A stretch of DNA of 64,000 nucleotides from positions 80,972,001 through 81,036,000 of the forward strand of contig OZ024742.1 in assembly GCA_964016885.1 (NCBI GenBank). Direction: 5' to 3'. This DNA comes from Eledone cirrhosa (taxonomy: Eukaryota). The position numbers and the translations under genes are program-made. The notes under the pieces are model-generated. The model searched no databases. It was not told the origin of the DNA and saw nothing but the letters and a program-made list of their open reading frames with translations. Below are positions 1-12,634 of this stretch, in pieces; position 1 is the first letter of the stretch, and every line of letters begins with the position of its first letter.

Positions 1-560
1 GTGAATAAAGAACAGGAGAGGTTACAGTATGCACCCTTGGTGGTGTCCGACTCCCACAATTTAATTGTTTCGATTTAGCATCATTTATCCGAACACACAT
101 AGTCGGGCGCATTCGTTTAGAGTCATCAGGACAGCAAGAAACTGAAAATCGATTCCATACAGCCACACAACCTCCGACGTAGGTCGTAAGGAGGCTAGCT
201 TGGACTCGATAATCTCCCAGCATCCCTTTGCTTAACAAAGAGATCCCTCTATAATTGGATGAATCTCTCTTTTCCCTGCTTTTGAAAATTGGGATTATCA
301 CTCCCGTCCAGCTTCACTTAGGTGTCTTTCCAGAAATCCAGGCCACCCGGCACACACGGGTCAGGCGGAGAATACCTTCTCCGTTTCAGGCTTTTGTTAT
401 CTCGGTCCAGGTTTCATCAGGCCCAGTGGCGTTGCCAAATTTGAGCTAATAAGTGATCTTGTGAACTCGGTCTGTGAGAGATAAGCAACCGCTTGAAGAT
501 TTACCTCTGTGCAACTGAAGATGCTGTTGTGATCGGATTTTTTGAGCAAAACTTTCTCCC
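1..560 (-). mobile_element. Degraded RTE-type LINE reverse transcriptase fragment
   Basis: Minus-strand translation gives KFGNATGPDE..., WTGVIIPIFKSREKRDSSNYRGISLLSK and VRINDAKS...HQGCIL*PLLF (non-LTR RT motifs), broken by stops and frameshifts. Confidence 0.8.
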
Positions 561-674
561 CATCTCACGAGGATGCACCTCTACTCTTTGTATGTATGTA
601 TTTATGTACATACATGCATACACACAAAAATGAAGTGTTACATAGCTATACGTATCTAATATATATATACGTAT

Positions 675-872
<198 letters not shown>

Positions 873-873
<1 letters not shown>

Positions 874-980
874 ATTGTTATACTTTGGGAGGGTCAGGTT
901 GCCCAAAGTATAACAATATCGGTTTCAACACACGTTTTCAGATAAAGAATCTTGCTAAACAAATTCGGAACGATATATAG
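873..980. mobile_element. Two-armed insert made of Penelope-like element 3' tails in (TA)n
   Basis: TATTGTTATACTTTGGG/CCCAAAGTATAACAATA inverted pair. Both arms and the ~60-bp right extension are homologous to the PLE terminus at ~49545-49620. Flanked by (TA)n on both sides. Confidence 0.7.
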
Positions 981-985
981 GTATG

Positions 986-1116
<131 letters not shown>

Positions 1117-1120
1117 ATAT

Positions 1121-1475
1121 AGTAAGGTGCATTATTGGTTGTGTAAAATGGTCCAATAAGTTTATGTTAGTAATATTAAATTCTCCACGCTTTTGTATAT
1201 CTCCAATTCCATTCGAGGGAACAGCTAGATGATGTAAAACGGAGTATAAGTATCAAAATGAAAATCCGAAGGCAAGGTAAAATTCCCTCCGTATGAGGGA
1301 ATGAATTCTGGAGAGAACATCGTTTTTTTTCTCCCTCATATCAAGAATTTGAAGACAATTCATTTTCACCTGATGAGATCAGTGATAATCGATCATGGCT
1401 TCACAATCGATCTATCTCTTATTGAAACATGTGTCGTGATTAAATGATTGGAATTTTACCTTGCCTTCGGATTTT

Positions 1476-1481
<6 letters not shown>
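1121..1481. mobile_element. Hammerhead-bearing fold-back insert in (TA)n
   Basis: Perfect 32-bp inverted repeat 1255-1286 / 1450-1481, with a hammerhead motif between the arms. (TA)n on both flanks. Confidence 0.75.
1361..1446 (+). ncRNA. Type I hammerhead ribozyme motif
   Basis: CATTTTCAC-CTGATGA(1370-1376)...GAAA(1424-1427)-CATGT-GTC-GTGATTAAATG. Stem I TCAC/GTGA, palindromic ACATGT in stem III. Stem II is irregular. Confidence 0.7.
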
Positions 1482-1536
<55 letters not shown>

Positions 1537-3513
1537 TGTGTGTTTTGTGTGTGCGTGCAGGAATGGCATTTAGGCTATTTTCCCCTTCATGTGAAATCAG
1601 GGTAAATGGAACAAAATATGAGAAACAGACAAATAGAGAAATTGATTGGGAGGGAACGATAATGAAAAAGAGGCGTAAAATAAGCAGGATAGAACGGCTA
1701 AAAGATGTATCCAATTATTTAGTAGGGTATAGGCGTATATATTTTCTTATATAATCAAATTATGAGACTTAACCTTTCAAATATATATAGGGTTTTTTTA
1801 ACATTAAAACTTCCACCAGAGAATTGAGATAATCCTATGTTGCGTTGCAGCATATGATAAGTCAAGTACAATTAAACGAATGGATATGGGGCTCACGTGA
1901 ACAAACGGTGTGATGCAGTGCCGAATAGAACAAGAGTAACGTGACAAACAACTCTAACAACGAAACAAAATCCGATTTCAAGCGTCTTCTAACTTTACGG
2001 TTTTCCTCTAGACTAATATTCGGTGAACAATAGTTTGGACTACAACTTTGACATACTCATCAATTAGGAAGTCATCATTCGAATGGGATGAAAAACGCAT
2101 AAGAACGATAATTTTATTAAATGTTCCAGTCGACATGCTCAGGCCATGCTGGAGCAATATGTGTGGAGGACGCACAGGCATATGTACAATATATGTTCAT
2201 GGATATAAAAATTGTCCATAAATATTAGAACAATATTCTGGACTGGTAAAAACAAAAAGGCTGTGATGTCCAGATCTCATCATCGGTTGCTTGACATGGG
2301 AGACAAGTAAAGACAACGTGGAAAATTCAACCTTTGAGAAAAGAAACCTGCTTCATTTGGGTCAGATAGATGGTTAGTTGTATAGAAATATATTCTGCAC
2401 ATATGGAAAAGACATTGAAGAGGTAGCAAGTGAGTGTAGATGAGTGTTGAATCCCTACCTAACGGATATGGAAAGAGGGATGGGAGGACATCGAGTAGGA
2501 ATCGAGTTCCAAAATATATGGAAGACAAGAAAAATATATCTGATCACAGTTAGTAATGGTTAGCCCAAGAATATACATATTTAAAATGTAATTAGCAAAT
2601 ACGCATATATATAACATACAGAGGGTAAAACAATACGTGCACATGTACACCAAATATATACAAACATCCATGCACGCTTCAAATATTAATGATAAAAATG
2701 TTTGATTCTAATATTTTCAAAATAGGTCAAAATAGGCCGTGTTGGCACACGTTCTTTTATCTCTGAGTCATATTTCTATGTGAATTTTCTTCCACTTTCG
2801 TTCACTTTTCATTCCAGAGAATTCCTATTAGTTTGCATAAGTTTATTTGTGTGAAATAAGAATTACTTGAAAGTCAGATATGAAAAAATATTCCAAATCT
2901 AATGAATTATTTTATGATTAAAGGTGACGATAACATAGGTAATCCAATGTAATTAGCCTTTTCAATTAATTCATATTAAGAAGCTATTGTTCTTTCTATA
3001 AAAAGACTGTTGTCATTCATTAACATTACTTAGATATCTAATTAAGAATCTATGTGATTAAAGAGTATTATTTGAACATTTCATACTTTTGATTTGCCAC
3101 GCAGTTCTATATAAATGAATATTAAAAAAGTAGGTTGATATACGTCCTTGACGAATCTAAACGCGATTGAATTCATGTGAACACAGAGAAACAAAGATGA
3201 TAACACTTTTGTTATTCAGATTGTTTTGTTTTTTTAAGTATCATGTTGAAACATTGTTTTACAAAGCACGACGATGGATTTGAATAGTGGAAGAATGCGA
3301 AACACTACTGTTAAAAATTGTTTTCAAATATATGTTGTGTGACTTCGATATGGATGGTGATTGGTTGCAAGGTGTAAACATGTGTATGTATCAGGAACTT
3401 AAACTCTTCCTCCGATTTCCAACAATTAATGATAAAAATATTTTACGAACGTGTTTATACAATTTTCAGATTCAAATTATAAATCATGAAGCCAATCTCA
3501 AGTATATAATGTA

Positions 3514-4138
3514 CTAGCAGTGGTACCCGTCGTTGCACGGGATAAGGTATTTTGGAACGCGGGCCGCCAACAGACCTAATCGTGGAAAAACAGCATGCGT
3601 GGGCAATATGTAAAGAAAATAAACCGAATACACTGATGGCTTGATAATCTTTAAGATTTTCCTCGATGAAGCAGGAAAAATGCAGGTTTTCACCTAATGC
3701 GGACCCTAGGGGATCAAGAAAATGAATTTTTGTATTTGCATAATATGTCTTTATATTTCGGGAAGATCGGTTACACGTAACGCCTCAAAAAAGCCATAAA
3801 AAGCTGAATAAATGGAGTTTTTCACTTAATGCGGAACCTACACCATAACAAAGTTAGATGTTCTTTGCTCACGGTATGAAGAAGAGACTACCTACTACCT
3901 AGTTACAATTTCAAGGGAATCAGTCTGACGTAACGCTTAAAAATACCCTTAAAAAGCTGAAAAAACGCAATTTTTCACCTAGGGGATCAAAAAGTTGAAA
4001 TTTATATGCATGAAACTCCATGAAACATAGGTAATACACATGTAAAGTTTGAAAAAATATCAGTTGGGTACTTCTTGGGCTATAGGGATTCAAACTTATA
4101 GACACACAGACAGACATCCTCAGTTTTATATATATAGA
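3514..4138 (-). mobile_element. Non-autonomous Helitron
   Basis: On the minus strand it starts TC(TATATATATAAAACTGAGG) and ends with hairpin CCCGTGCAACGACGGG followed by CTAG, inserted between A and T. Homologous to 32361-33579. Confidence 0.85.
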
Positions 4139-4302
4139 TGATGCAGATAAATACGAGACCGGAAGCTGGATTAAGCGATGCGACGGTATTCATTTCCATG
4201 TAGGCAACTGTATCTCTGATGGTTGCCTTGAGAGCATCCTCGGTGTTCTCTTTCCACTCCAGGGAGGCTTACAAATGACAGTTGCGACTATTACATTTTA
4301 GC

Positions 4303-4328
<26 letters not shown>

Positions 4329-4350
<22 letters not shown>

Positions 4351-4520
4351 AAACCAGGTGCACCGGAGTTTATAACGTACCAAAGTACTCGATACTTAGG
4401 GTAGTAGAGTGGGTAATAGGAAAATAGTCAAGACCCCGACGGCTGAGCTCCGGCTGTTTCGACAGCTAGGTCTAACTGTAGAAACGGCCGAAGCTCAGCC
4501 GTCGGGTCCCTAACTCTTTT

Positions 4521-4523
<3 letters not shown>
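4329..4523. mobile_element. Fold-back insert in (TA)n with diverged arms
   Basis: Inverted arms 4418-4469 / 4472-4523 (about 9 substitutions in 52 nt), ~90-bp one-sided extension, (TA)n on both sides. Confidence 0.7.
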
Positions 4524-4600
<77 letters not shown>

Positions 4601-4758
4601 TAATTTGAAAAAAACGTCTGTATTCCGTGTGTCATAATTCTCGATTATCATTGGTTCATAGGTTTCAAACGACTCCGCCCACCTCAACGACGCCAAACTG
4701 AAATTAATATGCACAATGCCAATGGGGAAGTGAGAGGGGAGAATGTGAACGCTGTGTT

Positions 4759-5430
4759 CAATAACTATTAACATGTGTGAGTATGTATGTACGTGCGTGT
4801 ATGTTTATGTGTGTGCGCGTGCGTGCAGCATTCCACAGAAAGTAATAACTATCAACATGTCTGAGTGTGTATGTTTGCGTGCGTGTGCGCGTTTCCATGC
4901 GTGTATGTGTGTAGCGTTCCACAATCGCCACGCAGTTTATCTGTCTGTGTGCCTGTCTACAGCCTAACATACATAGAGCTGTGAAGGGAGTGAATAGGGA
5001 CCTTTCTGTACATGGACGGCCATCTTTTATATTTATTATTGTGTCATTTTTTTATACACTATGTATATGTGTCAGTATAGAGACATGTGTGTGTGTGACA
5101 TGTGTGGAAATAGGAGGGGAAGAAAAGCAATAACTATTAACATGTGTGCGTGTGTATGTACGTGCGCGTATGTTTACGTGTGTGTGCGTGCGTGCAGCGT
5201 TCCACAGAAAGTAAAATCTAACAACATATGTGGGTGTGTGCGTGTGTAAGTTTGCGTGCGTGTACGTGTTTCCATGCGTGTATGTGTGTGTGGCGTTCCA
5301 CAATCGCCTGGAAGTTTATCTGTCTGTATGTCTGTATGTCAGTCTAACATACACAGAGTTGTGCAGGGAGTAAATAGGGACCTTTCTTTACATTGACGGA
5401 CATCTTTTCTATTTATTATTGTGTCATATT
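4759..5430 (+). repeat. ~370-bp tandem duplication in the Helitron 5' region
   Basis: CAATAACTATTAACATGTGTG...TAGGGACCTTTC...CATCTTTT...TTGTGTCAT occurs twice, starting at 4759 and 5128. Confidence 0.85.
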
Positions 5431-5448
5431 TTGACAATTGCTCGAAAT

Positions 5449-8400
5449 GAATACTGATAATAAAAGTAATTCGACTTTATCAAACAGTGAACTACAGCGG
5501 CGACGGGGTGCAGCCAGCAATGAAGAAAAACGGGCCGAACAGCGCCATCAGAACGCCGAACTTCAGAGGGGAAGACGTGCCGCCATGAATGAAGAGGAGC
5601 TGGCAGAACAACGTCAACGAAAAACTAGAGCCAAGCAGCAACGGCGGCTGCGATGGATGAAGAGGAGCTGGCTGAACAGCGCCAGCGCAATACAGAAGTT
5701 CAGAGAATGTGCGCCAAAGTGCCCTCATTCGAGTAAAGTGGCTAGAAGGCGAAATAAGGATATTAAAAATGGATAATGCAACCGTGTCATTTTCAGATTG
5801 GTGGACGAGCAGAGTGTCCAAATTGTGGAGAATTGCTTTGGAGGCACACAAAGACGTGACCCACAATGTGCTGTCATAAAGGAGCAGTTCAACTAGAACA
5901 CTTGCGAATGCCGGATGATGAGGAGTCAGCGGAGTCCAAAATACTAAGTATGTGGTGTGATCAAGGAAACCGATGTAGATTACTGCGCAAATATTCGCGG
6001 CAAATTAACGATTCATTAGCTGTAGCATTGCAGTGAGTTAGTGAGATGTTTGAGAGTAGAGCACTGCAGCCGAATGTAGTCATTCATGGCCATATGTATG
6101 ATTGTATCGGTAATTTAGAAGTTACCCCAATAGAGAGGCCTCGATTCGCTCCAATTTACGTTAATGATCCAGATTATAGTGAATCGGAGGAGGATATCAG
6201 GATCTTTTGGATGAAGTTGCCGGGAAATATAACTGAACTTGAACGGCAAAGGTTAAGTGATTTGATCCTTGATTTGCAATCATGGCTTAGACAGTCTAAT
6301 CCTTATGTTAAGGATTTCATGTTTGTGGATGAACTGCAAAATGTTCAGCAGAAAACATTGGTGATTAACGCTGACGCAGTGCCAAGGAATCAACACAAAC
6401 GGCCATAAAATGCCCCTGAAGGATTTCGTGAAGTTCCTGTGTGGTGTTGATGGACGATAAGCCTGGATCGAGAGATAACGTCCTCGATCGCAGAGATGGT
6501 GGTCTCAAGACTATCAATGAGTCAAATAGGGCATACGATCAATTGCATTATGTTGCTTTATTCCCAAAATGTGAAAATGGATGGAACATATTCATTTAGA
6601 TGATCATGAGAATCAGCATCAACAGGGAGGTGGCAATAGACACAATAATTCGATTCGCGACTTTTACGCGTTCCATTTGGACGAAAGGAATCAACAGAGA
6701 AATGTGCTATTTCAAGCCAGCAGATTGTTCAAGGAATACTGTTGTATGGCATTCGCAAAGATCGAAAATCAAAGGCTAAATTATATAGCTACACATCAGC
6801 AACATATCAAAGCTGAATTGTATAATAATATACAGGATGCGATAACAGCCGATGATGCCAATTACAAGCAAATTGTTCGACGCATCATTTTGCCATCGTC
6901 GTTTATCGGCGGCCCGAGATATATGAACATTCGCTATTAGGATGCAATGGCTATTGTCAGAAAGTTTGGAAAGCCAAATTTGCTTATAACGGTTACATGC
7001 AATCCTGAATGGACTGACATTAAGGATGCACTTTTGCCAGGACAACAGCCAAAGGACCATCCTGATATTGTGGCAAGAATATTCAAATGATATCTGAAAA
7101 AGATAATGGATGATGTTGAAAAAGAGGGAATCTTTGGAGGTATAGTTGCTTTTACATACGTTATTGAATTCCCCAAAAGAGGATTGCCACATGCACATTT
7201 GCTGATCCTTTTACACAGAGATTGCAAATTGAGATGTGCCGAGGATGTCGACAGCGTTGTGTATACTGAACTGCCGGATAATGAGGCACTACACAACTTG
7301 GTGTCAAAGTCAATGGTGCACAACCAATGCGGAGTGGCAAATGGGAAAGCGCCTTGCATGAAAAATGGCCAATGCAGTAAGCAATTTCCGAAATCTTTTG
7401 TCACGAACATTTCCTGGAACGTTGGGGATGCTCATCCCTCGTACAGAAGACGGTCGCCTGCAGATGGCGGTTTGGTCGAAAATGTAAACAGTTGACAGGT
7501 TACAAATCAATGGGTTGTGCCATACAATCCATATTTGATTATGAAATATCGTTGTCATTTTAATGTGGACATTTGTAGCTCAGTTAAAGCTTGCAAATAT
7601 CTATTCATATATGTTTACTAGGGTAATGATCGGGCAATGATCAATGTCATGAATGAGGAAGCGAACCAAGGAGATGAAGTTGGCAGGTTCCAGAATGTTC
7701 ACTCGATTGGATCTAGCGAAGCTTGCTGGAGATCGTTCGATGTTGATCTCAATGAACGCAAACCCTGCGTTCAGAAACCGACGGTTCACTTAGAGAATAG
7801 GCAAATGCTCTGTTTTCAGGACACTAGAAGAGGTGTCGAAAGAATTGCACCACCCTCTAAGACAGAATTGACTGAGTGGTTCAAGCATAATAGGAAACAT
7901 GCTTTGAACCCGGATCAAAGGGAACTCTATTGCGATTTCCCTTCGCACTATACGTGGGATAAGAAGAGAAACAAATGGAATGATAGAAAACAAAAATTGA
8001 GATTCACGACTATTGGACAGGTTTGCAATGACCATCCCGCGTCTGGTGATGTGTTTTATCTCTGAATTCTGTTGCATAATGATTGTTCGAGAGGTAAACA
8101 GAGCTTCGCTGATTTGAAAACAATCAATGGCGTGGAATATGAAACATACCAGGCTGTGTGTCAGCATCTGGGACTCCTTCAGGATGACGCTGAATGAAAT
8201 AATGCCAAGGAATCTGCAGGAACAACACAGATGCCAGCTCAAATAAGACAGTTGTTTGTCACGATTCTAGGATTATGCAATGCTGCCGATTCAAGAGAGT
8301 TATTTGAACGCCATTGGTGAATTATGTCTGATGAATTTAGGCATCATCTTCAGGTCGATGATGATAATTTGATGAAAGCTATTGTTTTGCTCAATATTGA

Positions 8401-9600
8401 GCAACTGCTTGAAGTTCATTTCAAATGTTTAACAGTTTCAAATGTTTAACAGTTTCAATTTGCCAATTCCTGATGAAGAAAGGCGGCATATGAGTTGATT
8501 GTCTGTAACATTACAGGACAAAGTGCACTCGCGGGCCTTATACGCAATACGTCTCTGATTATTCGGGACGAGGCTCCAATAGCACACATATATTTGCTGG
8601 AGGCATTGGACAGAACTTTGAGAGATATCTGCGGTAATGACCTGCCATTCGGTGGTAAGACTATCGTTTTTGGTGGCGATTTCAGACAGGTGCTAACAAT
8701 TGTTAGGAATGCTCAAAGAGCGCAAATGTCGATGCATGTCTGGAAAATTCCTCGTTGTGGAGCCATTTCAGAGTTTTGCGATTACACGATAATATGCGAC
8801 TTCGTATGTTCGGGCAAAACGAAGAGGCTGAGACATACGGCCGATGATTGATGCAGTGGGGAAACGTTGGTGATAATCAGACTGTAAGAATCCCAGACCA
8901 TTTGGTCATGCCACTGGACCGCCAAGCATTTATTGACTGAGTGTTGCCTAATTTGAATGTTTTTTGGCAGAATATCTCCTGGATATCGGAACACGTTATT
9001 CTAACTTATACGAATGCAACGGTCGATGAATTAAATTCACAAGTAGTCGGCATGTTTCCTGGAGAGGAATGGTTGACCGTCAGTGCGAATGAAATGGAGC
9101 CTAATCAGCAGAACAATATGGACGTTCCGACTGAGTATCTGAATTCACTTCAAATACCCAGATTTCCCCCACATATTTTGAGGTTGAAAAAAGGTATGCC
9201 GATTATGTTGCTTAGAATATCAATCATAAAATGGGTCTTTGCAATGGTACCAGATTGATTGTTGAGAATTGATTAACGGAAGAGGTTTAGAAGCTAAACT
9301 CCCAGGCAGAGAGGAATCGGTTATCACTCCGAGGATCATGCTGAGACCAAGTGAATATCTGCTGCCATTCATTTGGTAAAGGAGACAGTTCGCCGTCAAT
9401 TTGGCCTTCTCCATGACTGTCAACAAGGCACAGCGACAGACTTTCAAGCGAGTCGCTGTTTACTTGAATGATCCAGCATTCAGCCATGGGCAAATGTATG
9501 TTGCTGCACCTTCAGTGTGCGATCCTGATGGCATAACATTTGCAATTAATACCACTAACAAAGGAACAACCCTGAATATTGTCTATGAAGCTTTGAGCTG
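5449..9600 (+). pseudogene. Helitron RepHel (HUH Rep + Pif1-family helicase) pseudogene
   Basis: ORF fragments IILPSSFIGGPRYM, YVIEFPKRGLPHAHLL (HUH), KYLF.YV (motif 3), LIIRDEAP, PFGGKTIVFGGDFRQV, PPHILRLKKGMPIMLLR and AFSMTVNKAQRQT...FSHGQMYVA, with many stops and frameshifts. Confidence 0.93.
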
Positions 9601-10534
9601 CTGTATTCATATCGTTAATGCTATCAATAAGCGACGTAAATGATACGGACATTGGTGTCCTTTGATCAGTATTGTGAGCTTTGACAGAGTTGTCATTTCT
9701 CTTCAATATCATTTATTGTCGATAATGAGCAATAAAAACCAACAGGTATTGGTAGAAATTGCCTTCAAATGTATCGCTTCTGATTGCGGTGGTAATAAAA
9801 CCTCATCATATGCTGAGTCTGGCAAAACGTGTGGTGCCTTTGGCCGGCCAGGACAAGAGTAATATTGAAAACGATTCTATTTTCGAAGTAGAAGGATCCG
9901 CCATTTGGAGTTCAAACCAGGCCACCTCCCCGAGTTGACCTCTGGGCAATATTGACTGTCTATTACTCAGTGGCTAAGAGCCTGGAAATTACTGAATACA
10001 TTTTTGTGTCATATAATTTGTTGTTTTATTATTATAGCTGATCACTTATAGATAAGCATGTTATCCATATGCATATTAATTTGGCATTTGTATAAACCAT
10101 TTCAAGTAAATAGGGACCTTTATTACATTGACGGACATCTTTAATATTAATTATCTATATCTATATCTACATATAATATAAAAGATTGGAACTTCCATCA
10201 TCCTTTTGAGAAACGTGGAACAGCCACGTCTATGCAATGATACACGTTTTACTGTCAGGCAGAACATCAACCATCTCGTAGAGGTCACTATTCTAGCTGG
10301 GAGCACCTAAAATTGTTCATATACTATGCACAAACGGTACAACGAAGAATCTGGTATAACTGGAAGATTTTTTTTACTGTTTTTGTATCACACAGACACC
10401 AAGGACTCACCTCACACGGTAACCAGACAAACATCCAATACAGTCGTTTTCTCTTTTACCTGTCTTCTCTTATCATCTGTTTACCCGGGCGAAGCTGGGT
10501 ACCTCAGCTAGTATATATATATATATGTGTGTGA

Positions 10535-10575
<41 letters not shown>

Positions 10576-10778
10576 TGTGTGTGTGTGTGTGCGTGTGTGT
10601 ATACATATAATATTTTACAATGCATGTTTAACTCAGAAAATGAAAGTAAGTTTAACGTTAAAATACGTGTCTCAAACATGCTACCTCGTATTAAGATCAG
10701 ATAACAATATAACCAAAACGATACGATCTACACTTTTAGAAGTGTACACTCCATTTTAAGCATAGTCGTGTGTCAGTG

Positions 10779-10849
<71 letters not shown>

Positions 10850-10937
10850 TAGATATATATGTGTGTGTGTGTTTGTGTGTTTGTGTAAAGGTGTGTGCAT
10901 GTGTGTGTGTGTGTGTATGCTTGTATGTATGATTGTA

Positions 10938-10979
<42 letters not shown>

Positions 10980-11700
10980 GATATGATATATATATGTATA
11001 TTTCTCTCTCTCTCTCTCTTTCTCTCTCTATATATATAATGTGTGCGCGTGTGTGTGTTTGTGTTCGTGTTTTGAGTGACCGTGCGCAAATAGACAAATC
11101 TATGTATATATGTGTACCCATCCTTTTGTCCCTTTAGATTAGAGACTAGATTTAAAGAAATAACAATAATCTCTACAAAAGTTTTAGCAATTATTTTCAG
11201 ACCATTACACTAAATTTGAGATGTTAAAATATATAAAACAAAAATAGAAGGTAACAGAAAATTGTGTGAAGGTACGGTACGTATGTAAAAACAATCTTTG
11301 TAAGGAGATTAGAAAAAAAAATTCAGATAGAAACGAAAGAGGCGCAATACTATTTATGTATTTATTTTGTTAACTAAATCGATTTTTTTCTCTTTCTCTG
11401 GAAGCACACTAAAAATGTCATTTTGCTTGACATTTTATTAACTTGGGCAAAATAGAAATCTACCGATTCATCTTCAGGAAAGTGAACGTTCAATAATAGT
11501 ACGCCGAACATCAACTTGATGAAACCAAAATCAAATTATAGCTGTCACATTTAAGAATTGATACGAATAAATAAGCAAATAGATAAATAAACAATACTGT
11601 ATACAATTTAAATTGAACAAGAAAAAAAAGATCAAAAATGCATTTATGTAACACCTCAAATATGTGACGCGCAAATTGTTCGTCTTCCGACAATATCAAA

Positions 11701-11835
11701 TATTATTGTTTCTACTTTAGGCATAAGGCCAGCAATTACTCAGTGCATTATTGGTACTTTATTTTATCGACCCCGTAAGGATGAAGGCAAAGTCAACCTC
11801 AGCGAGATTTGATCTCAGATCGCTAAGGGACGTAA
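11701..11835 (-). mobile_element. SINE fragment (family with five copies in window)
   Basis: Reverse complement matches 12240-12362: GAGGTTGACTTTGCCTTCATCCTTACGGGGTCGATAAAAT...GGCCTTATGCCTAAAGTAGAAACAATAAT. Confidence 0.75.
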
Positions 11836-12051
11836 ATATAATGCAAATATACTTCGTTACGACATTATAGATGGAGTGTATTAATGTTTATATTATTATC
11901 CTACATATTAGGATTAAGCAAATTATAGACATTTTCCCTCCTGTCTTAAACCTCAATTATATGCAGACACATGCGCATATGTATCTATATGGACACACTT
12001 ACATTTATTCATCCACCCACACACATATGTGTATATGTATATATGTATATA

Positions 12052-12142
<91 letters not shown>

Positions 12143-12239
12143 ATGAGTGTGTATGTGTGCATCTAAATATTCATTAAATAGAAGCAATTCACAGAATGGA
12201 GCTCGCTATGTATCATTCACATATGTTGATATGCTTTGC

Positions 12240-12362
12240 AGCACAGTTACGTCCCTTTACGGACTGAGTTCAAATCCCGCCGAGGTTAACTTTGCTTTCA
12301 TCCTTACGGGGGTCGATTCATATAATTGCTGGCCTTGTGCCAAATGTAGAAACAATTATTTA
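12240..12362 (+). mobile_element. SINE fragment
   Basis: B-box-like GAGTTCAAATCCC, core GAGGTTAACTTTGCTTTCATCCTTACGGGGGTCGA, tail GGCCTTGTGCCAAATGTAGAAACAATTATT. Confidence 0.78.
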
Positions 12363-12566
12363 ATAGAAGGAAAACCTTATTGGGACGGAAATATGGAATA
12401 TGTTGCAGGTGGTCACCAAACGATTATACACATCTCTAAAAGGTTATAGTTCTGATAATATTATTATATTATTGCTTGCATATAGTAATACATCAATCTT
12501 AAGTAAAAATACATATTATGGAGCTGAAGAAATGTTGATATGGTTAAGGTGGTCACTCCACTCTCC

Positions 12567-12631
<65 letters not shown>

Positions 12632-12634
<3 letters not shown>

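Larger units (their letters stand above)
4600..10511 (+). mobile_element. Decayed autonomous Helitron
   Basis: Rep/Pif1 coding remnants and a 3' hairpin ACCCGGGCGAAGCTGGGT followed by CTAG (10508-10511). The 5' end is obscured by (TA)n. Confidence 0.85.
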
